This document shows positions 31,017-40,988 of a stretch of DNA of 64,000 bases, one piece after another. Source of the DNA: Candidatus Babeliales bacterium (GTDB lineage: Bacteria > Babelota > Babeliae > Babelales > JACPOV01). The stretch is from positions 344,279-408,278 of the forward strand of contig JBFWNW010000001.1 of the NCBI GenBank assembly GCA_050250855.1. Direction: 5' to 3'. Below the pieces are notes generated by a model that saw only the letters and a program-made list of their open reading frames with translations, was not told the DNA's origin and made no database searches. The stretch's first letter is position 1, and every line of letters begins with the position of its first letter. A program made the translations under genes and the position numbers.

Positions 31017-32348
31017 TTATAACATAACTCGTTCTTCGGGATATTTAAATTCTTGCATTTCAGGTTTTTTCCAGAGCGCAAGCATTACCGTTAATGATCC
31101 TATGCGTCCAATGATCATGGTAACAATAATGAAAAGTTTTCCACTTAAAGAAAGATAAGGGGTTATTCCCGTTGAAATACCTAGTGTAGCAAAAGCAGAT
31201 ACCACTTCAAAGGCAATTTCAAAGAAATCAAAATTGCGTTCAGTGATAAGCAAGCAAAATATAGTGAGCAAAATCCAGCCAAGGCTAATGGCAATAATAG
31301 CTAATGTTTTAAAGACTTGGTCTTGAGCAATGCGTCTTCCTTTTATCTGCACAAAGTTTTTTTCCGTAACAGCACTTTTAATGGTAGCAAGAAAGATAGC
31401 AAATGTTGTTGTTTTAATACCGCTACCCGTGGAGCCTGGTGCAGAGCCGATAAAGGCTACGAGCATGACCATAAAGAGCGTAGCAATTTGTAATTCACCG
31501 ACAGGAATCGTTATAAATCCTGTACTTCTACTTGCAATAGCATTAAAGAGCGTATTGCATAAAGCAATAAAAGGAGACATTTCTGCAAAGGTGTTATGGC
31601 GTTCAAGCATCCAATAAATAACAGCTGTACTTATAATTATTATCGTAGAGGTTGAAAGAACTATTTTACTGTATAAAGAAAGATGCATGCGTTTCTGGGA
31701 ACAGCGTGCTTTTATATATTCCGAGAGCTCATGCCAGGTAATAAACCCTAAGCCGCCAAAGAGCATGAGCATTGATGTACTTATTAACATAAAAGGATTG
31801 TGATTATAGCGAATCATGCCGTCAGGAAAAAGACAAAATCCTGCATCGCAAAATGATGAAACAGCATGAAATATTGCATAAAAAACAGCCTGTAATCCTG
31901 CAAACTCGTGCTTGATAATAAAAAAGGTGATAAGAGCACCAATACCTTCAAAAAAAAGCGTTAACTGTATAATAAAAAACAGAAGATTTTTTATATTTTT
32001 CCAGGATTCAAGTTCAAGGATTTGTCCTGCCAAAAGCTGCGTTGTCATACCAAGTTGGACAAAAATAGAAAGAATAAAAATAGTTAACGTAATAAGTCCC
32101 AGACCTCCAATTTGCATTAAAATAAGAACGATGAACTGTCCTAGCGGCGTAAAATTAGTAAGAGGCACCGTTTGTAATCCGGTTACGCAGGTAATTGAGG
32201 TAGCCGTAAAAAGAAGATCAATTACGCTCATTGATGTGGTACGCATAGCTGGCAAGGAGAGTAAGAAAGTTCCTAAAGCAATTGCAGCAAGCATAGAAAA
32301 AATTATGGTTCTTCCCGGAGAAAAATCGCTAAATTTTTTTTTTGGCAT
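31017..32348 (-). CDS. trkH: TrkH/KtrB potassium-uptake membrane subunit
   Basis: FTATS..CVTGL, QIGGLG, SSFCDAGF, RSTGF, PGSTGSGIK, FEVVSAFATLG.STG. Confidence 0.9.
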   Translation of the reverse strand: MPKKKFSDFSPGRTIIFSMLAAIALGTFLLSLPAMRTTSMSVIDLLFTATSITCVTGLQTVPLTNFTPLGQFIVLILMQIGGLGLITLTIFILSIFVQLGMTTQLLAGQILELESWKNIKNLLFFIIQLTLFFEGIGALITFFIIKHEFAGLQAVFYAIFHAVSSFCDAGFCLFPDGMIRYNHNPFMLISTSMLMLFGGLGFITWHELSEYIKARCSQKRMHLSLYSKIVLSTSTIIIISTAVIYWMLERHNTFAEMSPFIALCNTLFNAIASRSTGFITIPVGELQIATLFMVMLVAFIGSAPGSTGSGIKTTTFAIFLATIKSAVTEKNFVQIKGRRIAQDQVFKTLAIIAISLGWILLTIFCLLITERNFDFFEIAFEVVSAFATLGISTGITPYLSLSGKLFIIVTMIIGRIGSLTVMLALWKKPEMQEFKYPEERVML

Positions 32349-32366
32349 AGTGCCATATTCCTTTAT

Positions 32367-32963
32367 TTAGGGATTACCGGAGCTCATTTTTATAAGCCAA
32401 ACACCACCAAAAACTAAACACATAAATAAGATTACAAGGAGGTTGAAGTAGCGGTCAATATATTCCTTAATTTGATTTCCCCATACGCTTATTATTCCCG
32501 CAAGTAAAAAGAATCGCGCGCCGCGTGCAATCAGCGAATAGAAGATAAAAGGAGCAAGAGGGAGTTTACAAAAACCGGCACCGATTGTTACTGCTTTATA
32601 AGGAACGGGTGTAAAACCAGCAATAAGTACTGCGGCCGTTTCATAATGCGTAAACCATTGCACTGCTTTTGCAAACGTACTGGGTGAAATTATGTAGGTA
32701 ACAATAAGATTGCCAATTGTTTGCCACAGGGCAAAACCGATCAAGTAGCCAAATACGCCACCAATTACTGAAGCGAGTGTTGCAATGGTAGCATAATAAA
32801 AACTGCGCGAGCGATGCTCAAGGCAGTACAAAATAAGCAACGGATCTACGGGAATAAAAAATACCGTAGCTTCAATAAAAAACATGGCAACAAGCACCGC
32901 AGATGCATACGTTGAGTGCACCTGCTTGCCCATCCAATCGTACCAACTTTTAACAGCATTCAT
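32367..32963 (-). CDS. YqaA/DedA (VTT domain) membrane protein
   Basis: FIEA..FIPVD, GGVFGY.IG, GFTPVPYK, RGARF. Confidence 0.88.
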   Translation of the reverse strand: MNAVKSWYDWMGKQVHSTYASAVLVAMFFIEATVFFIPVDPLLILYCLEHRSRSFYYATIATLASVIGGVFGYLIGFALWQTIGNLIVTYIISPSTFAKAVQWFTHYETAAVLIAGFTPVPYKAVTIGAGFCKLPLAPFIFYSLIARGARFFLLAGIISVWGNQIKEYIDRYFNLLVILFMCLVFGGVWLIKMSSGNP

Positions 32964-32975
32964 TACTGTTCTCCT

Positions 32976-34286
32976 TTATTGTAAAAGATTTTCTATATAA
33001 GCTTCAACTTGATCGATCGCTATTCTTTTTTGCTCCATAGTATCGCGATCTCGTACGGTTACCATGTTATCTGTTTCACTCTCAAAATCATACGTAAAGC
33101 AGACAGGAGTACCAATTTCATCTTGTCTGCGGTAACGTTTACCAATTGAACCTGCATCATCAAAAATAACAGAATATCCCTTTTTTTTGAGCGCAGAAAA
33201 GAGCGCATACATAGGATCGTTCAGTTTTTTGACAAGCGGCAAGAACGCTGCTTTTATGGGTGCAATGCGCGGATTCAAATGCAGCACGGTGCGTAGCTCA
33301 CCATCAACCATCTGTTCTTCATATGCATCAAAAAGTATAGTTAAAAAAAGGCGATCAACACCAACCGATGATTCTATAACGGTAGGAATATACGATTCTT
33401 TTGTTTCTTCATCAAAGAAACTTAACTCTTTACCTGAGTGTTTGCTGTGTGCAGAAAGATCAAAATCTGTTCGGTTAGCAACACCCTCAAGCTCTTTCCA
33501 GCCAAACGGGAACTGATACTCTATATCATTTGTTGCTTGTGCGTAATGTGCTAATTCACTTTTATCATATGCTCGAATGCGCAAGTTTTCTGGTTTTATA
33601 CCAATGGATACGTGGTAAGCAAGTTGCTTTTCACTCCAAAATTCAAAAAACTTTTCAGCATCTTCTTTTTTGCAGAACCACTCAAGTTCCATTTGCTCAA
33701 ATTCGCGCATACGAAACAAGAACTGTTTTGGATTAATTTCATTGCGGAATGCTTTGCCAATCTGTGCAATACCAAAAGGCATTTTTACACGGTTGGTAGC
33801 AATAACATTTTTAAAGTTAACAAAGATTGACTGCGCTGTTTCTGGGCGTAAATACCCTTGTGCAGCATGAGCTTCAGAGGCACCTATTTGCGTTTTGAAC
33901 ATCATGTTGAAGGTGCGAATATCAGTCCACTCTTTTTTGCCACAATGAGGGCATGCTTTCTCCAGATTAATTTCATCGGCGCGATAGCGGTGCTTGCAGG
34001 CCATGCAATCAACCATAGGGTCATGAAAGCCATCGAGATGGCCAGATGCCTTCCAGACTGCTTCGTGTCCTAAGAGCGAACCTTCAAGCAAGAAAATGTT
34101 ATCGTTTGCCTTATAGACGGCATCAAGCCAGGTGGCACGAATATTTTGTTTAAGGAGCGTTCCTAAATGACCAAAATCGTAAATACCATTCAATCCACCA
34201 TAAATATCTGCTGCCTGGTAGACAAAGCCTTTTCTTTTACAAAGAGATATAATTTTTTCTAAAGTAACTGTTTGCGCACTATGCAT
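32976..34286 (-). CDS. glyQS: Glycine-tRNA ligase (homodimeric alpha2 type)
   Basis: IYGGL, SGH, YLRPETAQ, GKAFRNEI, REFEQMELE, GWKELEG, SIGKRYRRQDEIGTP; AGAGGA RBS favours ATG at 34286. Confidence 0.95.
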   Translation of the reverse strand: MHSAQTVTLEKIISLCKRKGFVYQAADIYGGLNGIYDFGHLGTLLKQNIRATWLDAVYKANDNIFLLEGSLLGHEAVWKASGHLDGFHDPMVDCMACKHRYRADEINLEKACPHCGKKEWTDIRTFNMMFKTQIGASEAHAAQGYLRPETAQSIFVNFKNVIATNRVKMPFGIAQIGKAFRNEINPKQFLFRMREFEQMELEWFCKKEDAEKFFEFWSEKQLAYHVSIGIKPENLRIRAYDKSELAHYAQATNDIEYQFPFGWKELEGVANRTDFDLSAHSKHSGKELSFFDEETKESYIPTVIESSVGVDRLFLTILFDAYEEQMVDGELRTVLHLNPRIAPIKAAFLPLVKKLNDPMYALFSALKKKGYSVIFDDAGSIGKRYRRQDEIGTPVCFTYDFESETDNMVTVRDRDTMEQKRIAIDQVEAYIENLLQ

Positions 34287-34448
34287 ACTAAATCCTCTGG
34301 TAAAAATGGTGCATAAATACAGCATAAATCTATGTTGTGTATTTTGCAAATTCAGAGAGTTTTTAGGCTGGCTTAATTTTTTTATTGTGCTACACTAAAA
34401 GGCCTAGTGTAAATAAAGGTTTATGTCATTTCAATAGTTAGGGTTTTG

Positions 34449-36119
34449 ATGAAGATTTTCAAAGTAATTACCTTTTTATTGTGCTCATGTTTATTCGTGG
34501 CAGGAGGCTTTTTTACCTTCAGGCTTTTTCAGGAAGTGCAAGATCTCAAGGCACTTTTTACCGCGCAACTTAAAAGTGATTTAGAGGGAGGCCCACGTCA
34601 GGTTCAAAAAGAAATTATCATTGAGCGCATCCAGGGTGAAGGGCATGCGTGGAGTGATTTGCAAGCTAAAGTAAAAGATAACATTGTGCAGGTATTTTCC
34701 CAAGTTGCTGCTATTGATTTGTTGGAGCCGTATAAAACTCCTGCGCAAGGGCAACGAACTGGTAGTGGATTTTTTATCAGCAAAGATGGTGAAATTGTTA
34801 CCAATGCGCATGTTGTTGATCAAGCAAAATCGATATGGATTCAAATTCCTTCTTTAGGTAAACAGCAAATTGATGTTGATGTGGTGGGCGTGAGCCCTGA
34901 TCGCGACATAGCATTGCTTAAAGTGCGCAATGAGGGGATGGAGCTTATAAAAAGTGAATTAAAAGAAATTCAATGCCTTGCTTTAGGTGATTCTGATCAA
35001 GTGCATCGTGCTGATGAAATTATGACGCTTGGCTATCCACTCAGTCAACAAGGGTTAAAAAGTACCGTTGGTGTAGTAAGTGGCCGCGAATGCCATTTAA
35101 TTCAAGTTGATGCGCCTATAAATCCTGGTAATTCCGGTGGCCCGTCAGTTGACCGTTTAGGACGTGTCGTTGGTATTAATACTGCCTATATTCCTGATGC
35201 ACAAAACGTTGGCTACATTATTCCTGTCAATGAATTAAAAATTATTTTGGATGATTTACGTAAAGTTCATTTATTACGCAAACCATTTTTAGGTGTATTA
35301 TTTAATAACGCCAGCGATAGCTTAACAACCTATTTAGGTAATCCAACGCCGGGTGGGTTGTATGTTGTTGATGTATACAAAGATAGTCCATTGCATAAAT
35401 CTGGTGTGCAAAAAGGTGATATGATTTATTCTATTAACGGTCATCGTCTTGATTATTATGGTGAACTTGCATGGACAGAAGATAGAATCTCTATTATTGA
35501 TTATGTTTCGCAGTTGAAATTAGGTCAAACTATTAATTTAGTCGTCTATCGTGCTGGCAAGCGTAAAGAGTTTACGTTTACGTTTGATCAATCAGAGCTT
35601 TTACCAGTACGCAAAATTTATCCAGGTTATGAAAAAGTAGATTATGAAATTGTTGCAGGTATGGTTATTCAGCCGTTAACAATCAATCATTTGCCGTTTT
35701 TAATTAATTCATCACCAAGTTTGGCAAAATATATGGAAATGAAGTATCAGATGGAGCCTGCGTTAATTATTACCCATATTTTCCCTGATTCTCAAGCGCA
35801 ACGCTCTCGTTCATTATCGCCAGGAGCTATTTTAAAAGAGATAAATGGCCAACCAGTAAAAACATTAACTGATATGCGTGAAGCATTGTACAAAGGATTG
35901 ACATCAGAAAACTTGACGGTGCAAACAGCTGACGGCGTATTTGTGGTGTGTCCATTCAAAAAAGTGTTACTTGAAGATCAGCGTTTGGCAAAAGATTATT
36001 TCGTACCACTTTCTGATACGATGCGTGTTTTAATTGCTAAAGCCGGCTTGCAAGATACACAGCAACCAAACTTTTTGCTTGCACATAATCAGGCTCCTAA
36101 CCAAAATGCAGCTGCATAA
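34449..36119 (+). CDS. HtrA/Deg-family trypsin-like serine protease with PDZ domains and N-terminal anchor
   Basis: GSGF, VTNAHVV, DIALL, INPGNSGGP catalytic triad motifs. Confidence 0.92.
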   Translation: MKIFKVITFLLCSCLFVAGGFFTFRLFQEVQDLKALFTAQLKSDLEGGPRQVQKEIIIERIQGEGHAWSDLQAKVKDNIVQVFSQVAAIDLLEPYKTPAQGQRTGSGFFISKDGEIVTNAHVVDQAKSIWIQIPSLGKQQIDVDVVGVSPDRDIALLKVRNEGMELIKSELKEIQCLALGDSDQVHRADEIMTLGYPLSQQGLKSTVGVVSGRECHLIQVDAPINPGNSGGPSVDRLGRVVGINTAYIPDAQNVGYIIPVNELKIILDDLRKVHLLRKPFLGVLFNNASDSLTTYLGNPTPGGLYVVDVYKDSPLHKSGVQKGDMIYSINGHRLDYYGELAWTEDRISIIDYVSQLKLGQTINLVVYRAGKRKEFTFTFDQSELLPVRKIYPGYEKVDYEIVAGMVIQPLTINHLPFLINSSPSLAKYMEMKYQMEPALIITHIFPDSQAQRSRSLSPGAILKEINGQPVKTLTDMREALYKGLTSENLTVQTADGVFVVCPFKKVLLEDQRLAKDYFVPLSDTMRVLIAKAGLQDTQQPNFLLAHNQAPNQNAAA

Positions 36120-36127
36120 ATAATTGT

Positions 36128-36859
36128 ATGGCAAAAAAAAGATTAGATGCATTATTGGCAGAACGTTATCCAGAGCTGAGCAAGACCTTCATTCAAAGCA
36201 TTATTATGCAAGGGAAAGTGTCTGTTGATGGCGTTAAAGTTACCAAGCCAGGAACGCAGATTGCTCCCGATGCGCGTATAGAAGCAGATTTGGAAGAACC
36301 AAAATATGTTTCACGTGCAGGATTTAAACTTGAAAAGGCATTAGAGCATTTTGGTATTGAAGTAAAAAATTACGTTGTGCTTGATGCAGGACTTTCTACC
36401 GGTGGTTTTACCGATTGTTTGTTGCAACATGGTGCTCAAAAAGTCTACGGCATTGATGTGGGTTATGGTCAAGTGCATGAAAAGATACGCCAAGATGAAC
36501 GCGTGGTGGTTATGGAGCGCACCAATTTGCGCCACCTTGAGGCATTGCCTGAACCAGTTGATTTAGTAACCTTGGATCTTTCTTTTATTTCTGTACTCAA
36601 AGTTATGGATACGGTGGTGCAGAATCTTAAGCCAGACGGTAAACTTATAGTACTAATAAAACCGCAGTTTGAAGCAGAAAAACATCAGGTCGGCAAAGGC
36701 GGCGTTATTAAAGATGCAGCGGTGCACCAAGAAGTTATTGATAAAGTGGTAGAGGGCATAAAAGCCTACGGTTTTGACCTGGTTGGCGTCCTCGATTCTC
36801 CTATAGAAGGCGCAACGGGTAATAAAGAGTTTCTTGCCTATTTTAATAAGAGCTCTTAG
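36128..36859 (+). CDS. tlyA: TlyA family rRNA methyltransferase (S4 + FtsJ domains)
   Basis: KRLD, YVSRAG.KL, STGGFTD, DVGYGQ, DLSFIS, IKPQFE, GNKEF. Confidence 0.93.
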   Translation: MAKKRLDALLAERYPELSKTFIQSIIMQGKVSVDGVKVTKPGTQIAPDARIEADLEEPKYVSRAGFKLEKALEHFGIEVKNYVVLDAGLSTGGFTDCLLQHGAQKVYGIDVGYGQVHEKIRQDERVVVMERTNLRHLEALPEPVDLVTLDLSFISVLKVMDTVVQNLKPDGKLIVLIKPQFEAEKHQVGKGGVIKDAAVHQEVIDKVVEGIKAYGFDLVGVLDSPIEGATGNKEFLAYFNKSS

Positions 36860-36909
36860 AGCTTTTTTGTTGAAAAACAATTCTAGTAGATTCAAAAAAA
36901 CAATAAAAG

Positions 36910-36986
36910 GCGCCTGTAGCTCAATCGGATAGAGCGACGGACTTCGAATCCGTAGGTTGTAGGTTCGAATCCTACCGGGCGCACCA
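36910..36986 (+). tRNA. tRNA-Arg(TCG)
   Basis: GCGCCTG acceptor arm, ACGGA-CTTCGAA-TCCGT anticodon arm, GGTTCGAATCC T-arm, CCA. Confidence 0.95.
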
Positions 36987-37138
36987 TACTTCGTTTATCC
37001 GGGTCTTCCGGCTTTGGCAAACTTCGGCTGGCGCGGCCATTCTTTATAGAGAACCTCAGTATCCATTGATTTTAGCCCCTAAGGTATCATAGAGTACAAA
37101 AGTAATTGGGCTATTCAAAGGATAAAAAAGGGGAATAA

Positions 37139-38404
37139 ATGAAGCCGTATTTATTGCTATTTTTGCTTGTATTGAATACTTTCACTATGCAGGCTACCGG
37201 TGATTTTCCGATCAAGATTGTTAATAAAACGAATAATGCTGCTATCAAAAATATCTACATTGTAACAAAAGGAATTAATCCTGAAACGGGTAATCAATGT
37301 TTTATTGAATTTAAAAACAATGATCACGTAGGCATTTGTGTTGATATTACAAAAGGTACAGACTCCAAAGCATTTGCGTATGATTATACCTTTTTTAAAA
37401 ACAACATTATGCATTTGCCTAACCTTACTTCTGGTAGAATCTATGTTTCAATAAATAATAAACTTACTATGCCGGTGGTTGTTGATGCAAATAATAGACT
37501 CGGCATTGCAGATCCAAGTCCTTATAACAAAACTGATCCGAATTATGATCTATTTTTTGATAAGATTGAATTTACCTATATTGGTAACAATACGTGGACC
37601 AATCCAACAGCCGTAGATTTTTTTGAGCTGCCACTGAGTATTGAACAAAATGGCCATACGTTTGGGTTGACCGAATCGCGTGAAAAAATAGTTTCTACCG
37701 TTGCTCAAGCGTTTGATGCGGCACCAAGCAAAGCGTGGCAAAAACTGATAGTAAAAAATGAACAAGGAACAGTTTTAAGAATTCTTGCTCCAGGAAGGGA
37801 TGATAATTTTTTTGATCCCAACTATCTTACCGGAGCGCCGTATAACTATGTAAATGATGTATGGGATTACTATACTAAAAATTCAATTATCATAGATTGC
37901 AGTGAGTTGCACGGCAATCAGGCGGCTCCTCAATTAAAAGATTATCAATTTGAAGGCAGGGTAAAAAATGGAATTTTTGAATTCACCAACAGAAGCAAAG
38001 ATTACACCGTTTCACTTGAAAAACCATCCTCGAACTCTTTTTTCCTTGGTGCACAAGGAGTTTTTGATGCACCGAATAATACACCAAAGGCAATTATCGT
38101 CAGAAATTTAAGTGCTGCATGGTGTGTTGGTTTATTGCCAGCAGAACATGGTGCAACATTAAATAGAACCTATTTTGATACTCATAAAAGTCAGTTTTAT
38201 ACGGATAATCCGCGCTTGTCTGCGCAAGCAAAAAATAAGGGCCCATTTTATAACTTGTATGGAAAAGCTATCCATCAGTTAAGTAAAACGGTGTATACGT
38301 GGGCTTATGATGATGTATTTGGTTATGATGGCACGAATGCTTCCACGGCAACAAAAGCGGCAACGTTGACCATAGGGGATATGGCGCACACAAAAATACC
38401 TTGA
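37139..38404 (+). CDS. Secreted beta-1,3-glucanase, glycoside hydrolase family 64
   Basis: Signal peptide; SGRIYVS, DPNY..FDKIEFTY, NPTAVDFFELPL, LRILAP, NLYGKAIH, YTWAYDDV. Confidence 0.82.
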   Translation: MKPYLLLFLLVLNTFTMQATGDFPIKIVNKTNNAAIKNIYIVTKGINPETGNQCFIEFKNNDHVGICVDITKGTDSKAFAYDYTFFKNNIMHLPNLTSGRIYVSINNKLTMPVVVDANNRLGIADPSPYNKTDPNYDLFFDKIEFTYIGNNTWTNPTAVDFFELPLSIEQNGHTFGLTESREKIVSTVAQAFDAAPSKAWQKLIVKNEQGTVLRILAPGRDDNFFDPNYLTGAPYNYVNDVWDYYTKNSIIIDCSELHGNQAAPQLKDYQFEGRVKNGIFEFTNRSKDYTVSLEKPSSNSFFLGAQGVFDAPNNTPKAIIVRNLSAAWCVGLLPAEHGATLNRTYFDTHKSQFYTDNPRLSAQAKNKGPFYNLYGKAIHQLSKTVYTWAYDDVFGYDGTNASTATKAATLTIGDMAHTKIP

Positions 38405-38407
38405 TTA

Positions 38408-38727
38408 ACGTAAATTCGATCTAAGGATTTTTAATAAACATGAGCCGATCGACTTATTAAGAATTTTTTAAATTCCGTTCGTGGTGAGGAGCAAACTTAT
38501 TTAGTTTGCGTCTCGAACCATACGGAATCCTAAAAAAATATATAATTTTTTAATTTTGAGTTCGAATGGTTCGAGACGTTTTTCTTCGAAAAACCCCCTT
38601 CGACAGGGCTCAGGACAGGCTCACCAGTTGCCCCGATCACCCCGAGTGCCGAGCGTTGCTCGGTGTATCGAGGGGCACGAACGGGATATATAAATTTAGA
38701 TATATTTTTCTTAGGCCAAATTTACGT
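38408..38727. mobile_element. 320-bp non-autonomous MITE with imperfect TIRs and 7-bp target-site duplication, carrying nested REP palindromes
   Basis: Ends ACGTAAATTCGATCTAAG / CTTAGGCCAAATTTACGT; TTGATTA at 38401-38407 and 38728-38734; internal CCGTTCGTG..CACGAACGG palindrome at 38475-38684. Confidence 0.85.
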
Positions 38728-38735
38728 TTGATTAA

Positions 38736-39431
38736 TTACTTTTTCCACCAGTTAAAATTTCTTACCGAATCAAAGCATGAAGAGGTGAACTCTTTTACCG
38801 TATCAACAATTGCGTAAGGATTGTAATACCAGGTTGCAAGGCTTGCTGCAAAGCCGCAGAGAGCATAAAAATTATATTTGCTTGAAATATGTTTTATAGT
38901 TCCCCAAGGCGCTTTCCATAAGACCCCTTGTTCTAATAAGAAATCTTTATCATCAGAGAAATATTCTGGTTTTTTATCAAAGTTGTTTTTAGCATTTTTT
39001 AATGCTTCATGAAAGACTAATCCATTTGAATGGTGCGTGCTATTTATTTGATCTGCAATAAGTTCATAGTTAATACCCTCTATGGTGATCTTGAGGGTAT
39101 CGCCTTCTTTAAGATCTTTTAAATAGCTATAAGGAAGATAAGTTGGAAAAAATACTTCTTTATTTTTAAGAATGTTGTTAGGATTGCTTGAAAAGCGACT
39201 GTTTTCTTCATTCCATGCCCATACTTCTTGAATCATGTGATGTGGTTGAATGGTTTTATCATTTAAAAAGGTTCTAAGGTCTTTTTCGCTCAGAAGATCA
39301 GTTTTGCACTTGCCAGCGTAAAGAGAGTGTTGCGAGGCAACACATATTTTTCCTTTGACCGTGTTATTTTGCATTGCGTGCATTGAATAGGCGCCTAAAA
39401 GTATGAACGTAATAGTTAATAGTTTTTTCAT
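38736..39431 (-). CDS. Array 1 secreted protein (LP..L..KEG domain plus WYYNPY..WWKK tail)
   Basis: MKKLL..HA-MQ signal; FPTYLPYSYLKDLKEGD; conserved tail. Confidence 0.85.
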   Translation of the reverse strand: MKKLLTITFILLGAYSMHAMQNNTVKGKICVASQHSLYAGKCKTDLLSEKDLRTFLNDKTIQPHHMIQEVWAWNEENSRFSSNPNNILKNKEVFFPTYLPYSYLKDLKEGDTLKITIEGINYELIADQINSTHHSNGLVFHEALKNAKNNFDKKPEYFSDDKDFLLEQGVLWKAPWGTIKHISSKYNFYALCGFAASLATWYYNPYAIVDTVKEFTSSCFDSVRNFNWWKK

Positions 39432-39461
39432 GTTTTTCCTTTATAAGTTAGTTTTATTTAT

Positions 39462-40181
39462 TTACTTTTTCCACCAGTTAAAATTTCTGAACGAATCAAA
39501 GCAAGAGTAGGTGAACTCTTTTACCGTATCAACAATTGCGTAAGGATTGTAATACCACGTTGCAAGGCCAAGCCCTGAAAGAGCAAATAATCCAAATGCT
39601 GCATACAAAGAGCTTTGTTTTAGGATTGGTTTACGAACGCCGTTTGGCCCATGTCCGTGGAATTGTATGTTATTTATTTTTTCTGTAGGTACAATAATCT
39701 TTTTTTCTAATAAAAGCTTTCGATCATGAGAGAAAAAGTTAGGAGCTTCGTAAAACTTTATCATACTAGCATTATGAGCTTCTTGGAATAAATTATGCGG
39801 TTTATTTCTGGGAAATTCTTTTTGATTAGCGGTAAGTTGGTACGGGGTGCCTGCAATAGTCAAAGAGATTTTTTCACCTTCTTTAAGTCCTTTTAAATAG
39901 TTATAAGGAAGGAAGTCTGGAAAAATTAAATCACTCCATCCAAAGCGAGGATTATCTTCTGACCATGCCCATATTGGTAGCAAGATATCCTCTGGTTTAA
40001 TAGTGTTGTCTTGCAACATTTCTTGGATAGTTTGGCCTGATATTCTTATTTGACCACTACCAGCATAATATGGTGTTGCTGATGTAATGGCAATGTTTCC
40101 TACTATTACAGGGTTTTCTTTTTTCATTGCATGTACAAAGCATGTGCTGAAAGCGAATATTGTAAATAATAGTTTTTTCAT
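39462..40181 (-). CDS. Array 1 secreted protein (LP..L..KEG domain plus WYYNPY..WWKK tail)
   Basis: GGAGGA RBS, MKKLL..HA-MK; FPDFLPYNYLKGLKEGE; conserved tail. Confidence 0.85.
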   Translation of the reverse strand: MKKLLFTIFAFSTCFVHAMKKENPVIVGNIAITSATPYYAGSGQIRISGQTIQEMLQDNTIKPEDILLPIWAWSEDNPRFGWSDLIFPDFLPYNYLKGLKEGEKISLTIAGTPYQLTANQKEFPRNKPHNLFQEAHNASMIKFYEAPNFFSHDRKLLLEKKIIVPTEKINNIQFHGHGPNGVRKPILKQSSLYAAFGLFALSGLGLATWYYNPYAIVDTVKEFTYSCFDSFRNFNWWKK

Positions 40182-40204
40182 AATATCCTCCAAAGATTAC
40201 TTAT

Positions 40205-40963
40205 TTATTTCTTCCACCAGCTAAAATTTCTGAACGAATCAAGCCATGAATAGGTGAACTCTTTTGCCGTATCAACGATTGCGTAAGGATTGTAATACCA
40301 GGTTGCAAGGCCGCTAAGAGCAAGAAAACCAACAGTTGTATAAAGATTTACAAATCTAAAGAGACTTTTATTAATTTTTTGGTTCTGGCTAACGTGTAAT
40401 CTCTTTAAAGTTTCATTGCTAAGAGAAGAAGAGTGTTTTGTTTTTAATGGTGGATTCTCAATAGTTGCATAAGTAAGAATTCCATTATTACCAATTTTTT
40501 CTAGGATTTCAGCTGGGATAGGGTTTCTTTGTTTTGCTTGATTATGTTTAAGCGCTTCTTTATAAGTATAAATATTGTCTTCAGTAGCTATGTTGCAGAT
40601 ATTATACCCTTGTTGCCTTTCTTGCAAAGTATAGCGATGAACCTCATTTTCAAGCTCAATTTGAATAGATATTTTGCCACCATTTTTTAGTTGCTGTAGT
40701 TGTGAAGTATGTAAAAAAGCTGGCAAGTTGTTTGGATTATTATCAAAATTTATGGGGCTTTTAATATTATCTTGCCAGATATATATTTTTTCAAGGCTAT
40801 CATAACCAGAAGCTTCATCGACTAATGCAAAATTAAAAGTCCCCTTATTAATTACTCGTTTTGTATTATGTGTATCTTTAAAGTTTGTATTTGAACGCCT
40901 TTTATCCATAGCAAAAGAGTTGCCTAAGCTTACCAGGGTAAGTATTAAAAATAGTTTTTTCAT
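40205..40963 (-). CDS. Array 1 secreted protein (diverged domain plus WYYNPY..WWKK tail)
   Basis: MKKLF..FA-MD; PAFLHTSQLQQLKNGG; conserved tail. Confidence 0.85.
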   Translation of the reverse strand: MKKLFLILTLVSLGNSFAMDKRRSNTNFKDTHNTKRVINKGTFNFALVDEASGYDSLEKIYIWQDNIKSPINFDNNPNNLPAFLHTSQLQQLKNGGKISIQIELENEVHRYTLQERQQGYNICNIATEDNIYTYKEALKHNQAKQRNPIPAEILEKIGNNGILTYATIENPPLKTKHSSSLSNETLKRLHVSQNQKINKSLFRFVNLYTTVGFLALSGLATWYYNPYAIVDTAKEFTYSWLDSFRNFSWWKK

Positions 40964-40988
40964 GTTTTTCCTTTATTCTGTTAATCAG

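Noticed and set aside
38566..38817. 83-aa ORF (and 44969..45205, 78 aa)
   Set aside because: Chance frames through GC-rich REP/MITE palindromes, without an RBS.
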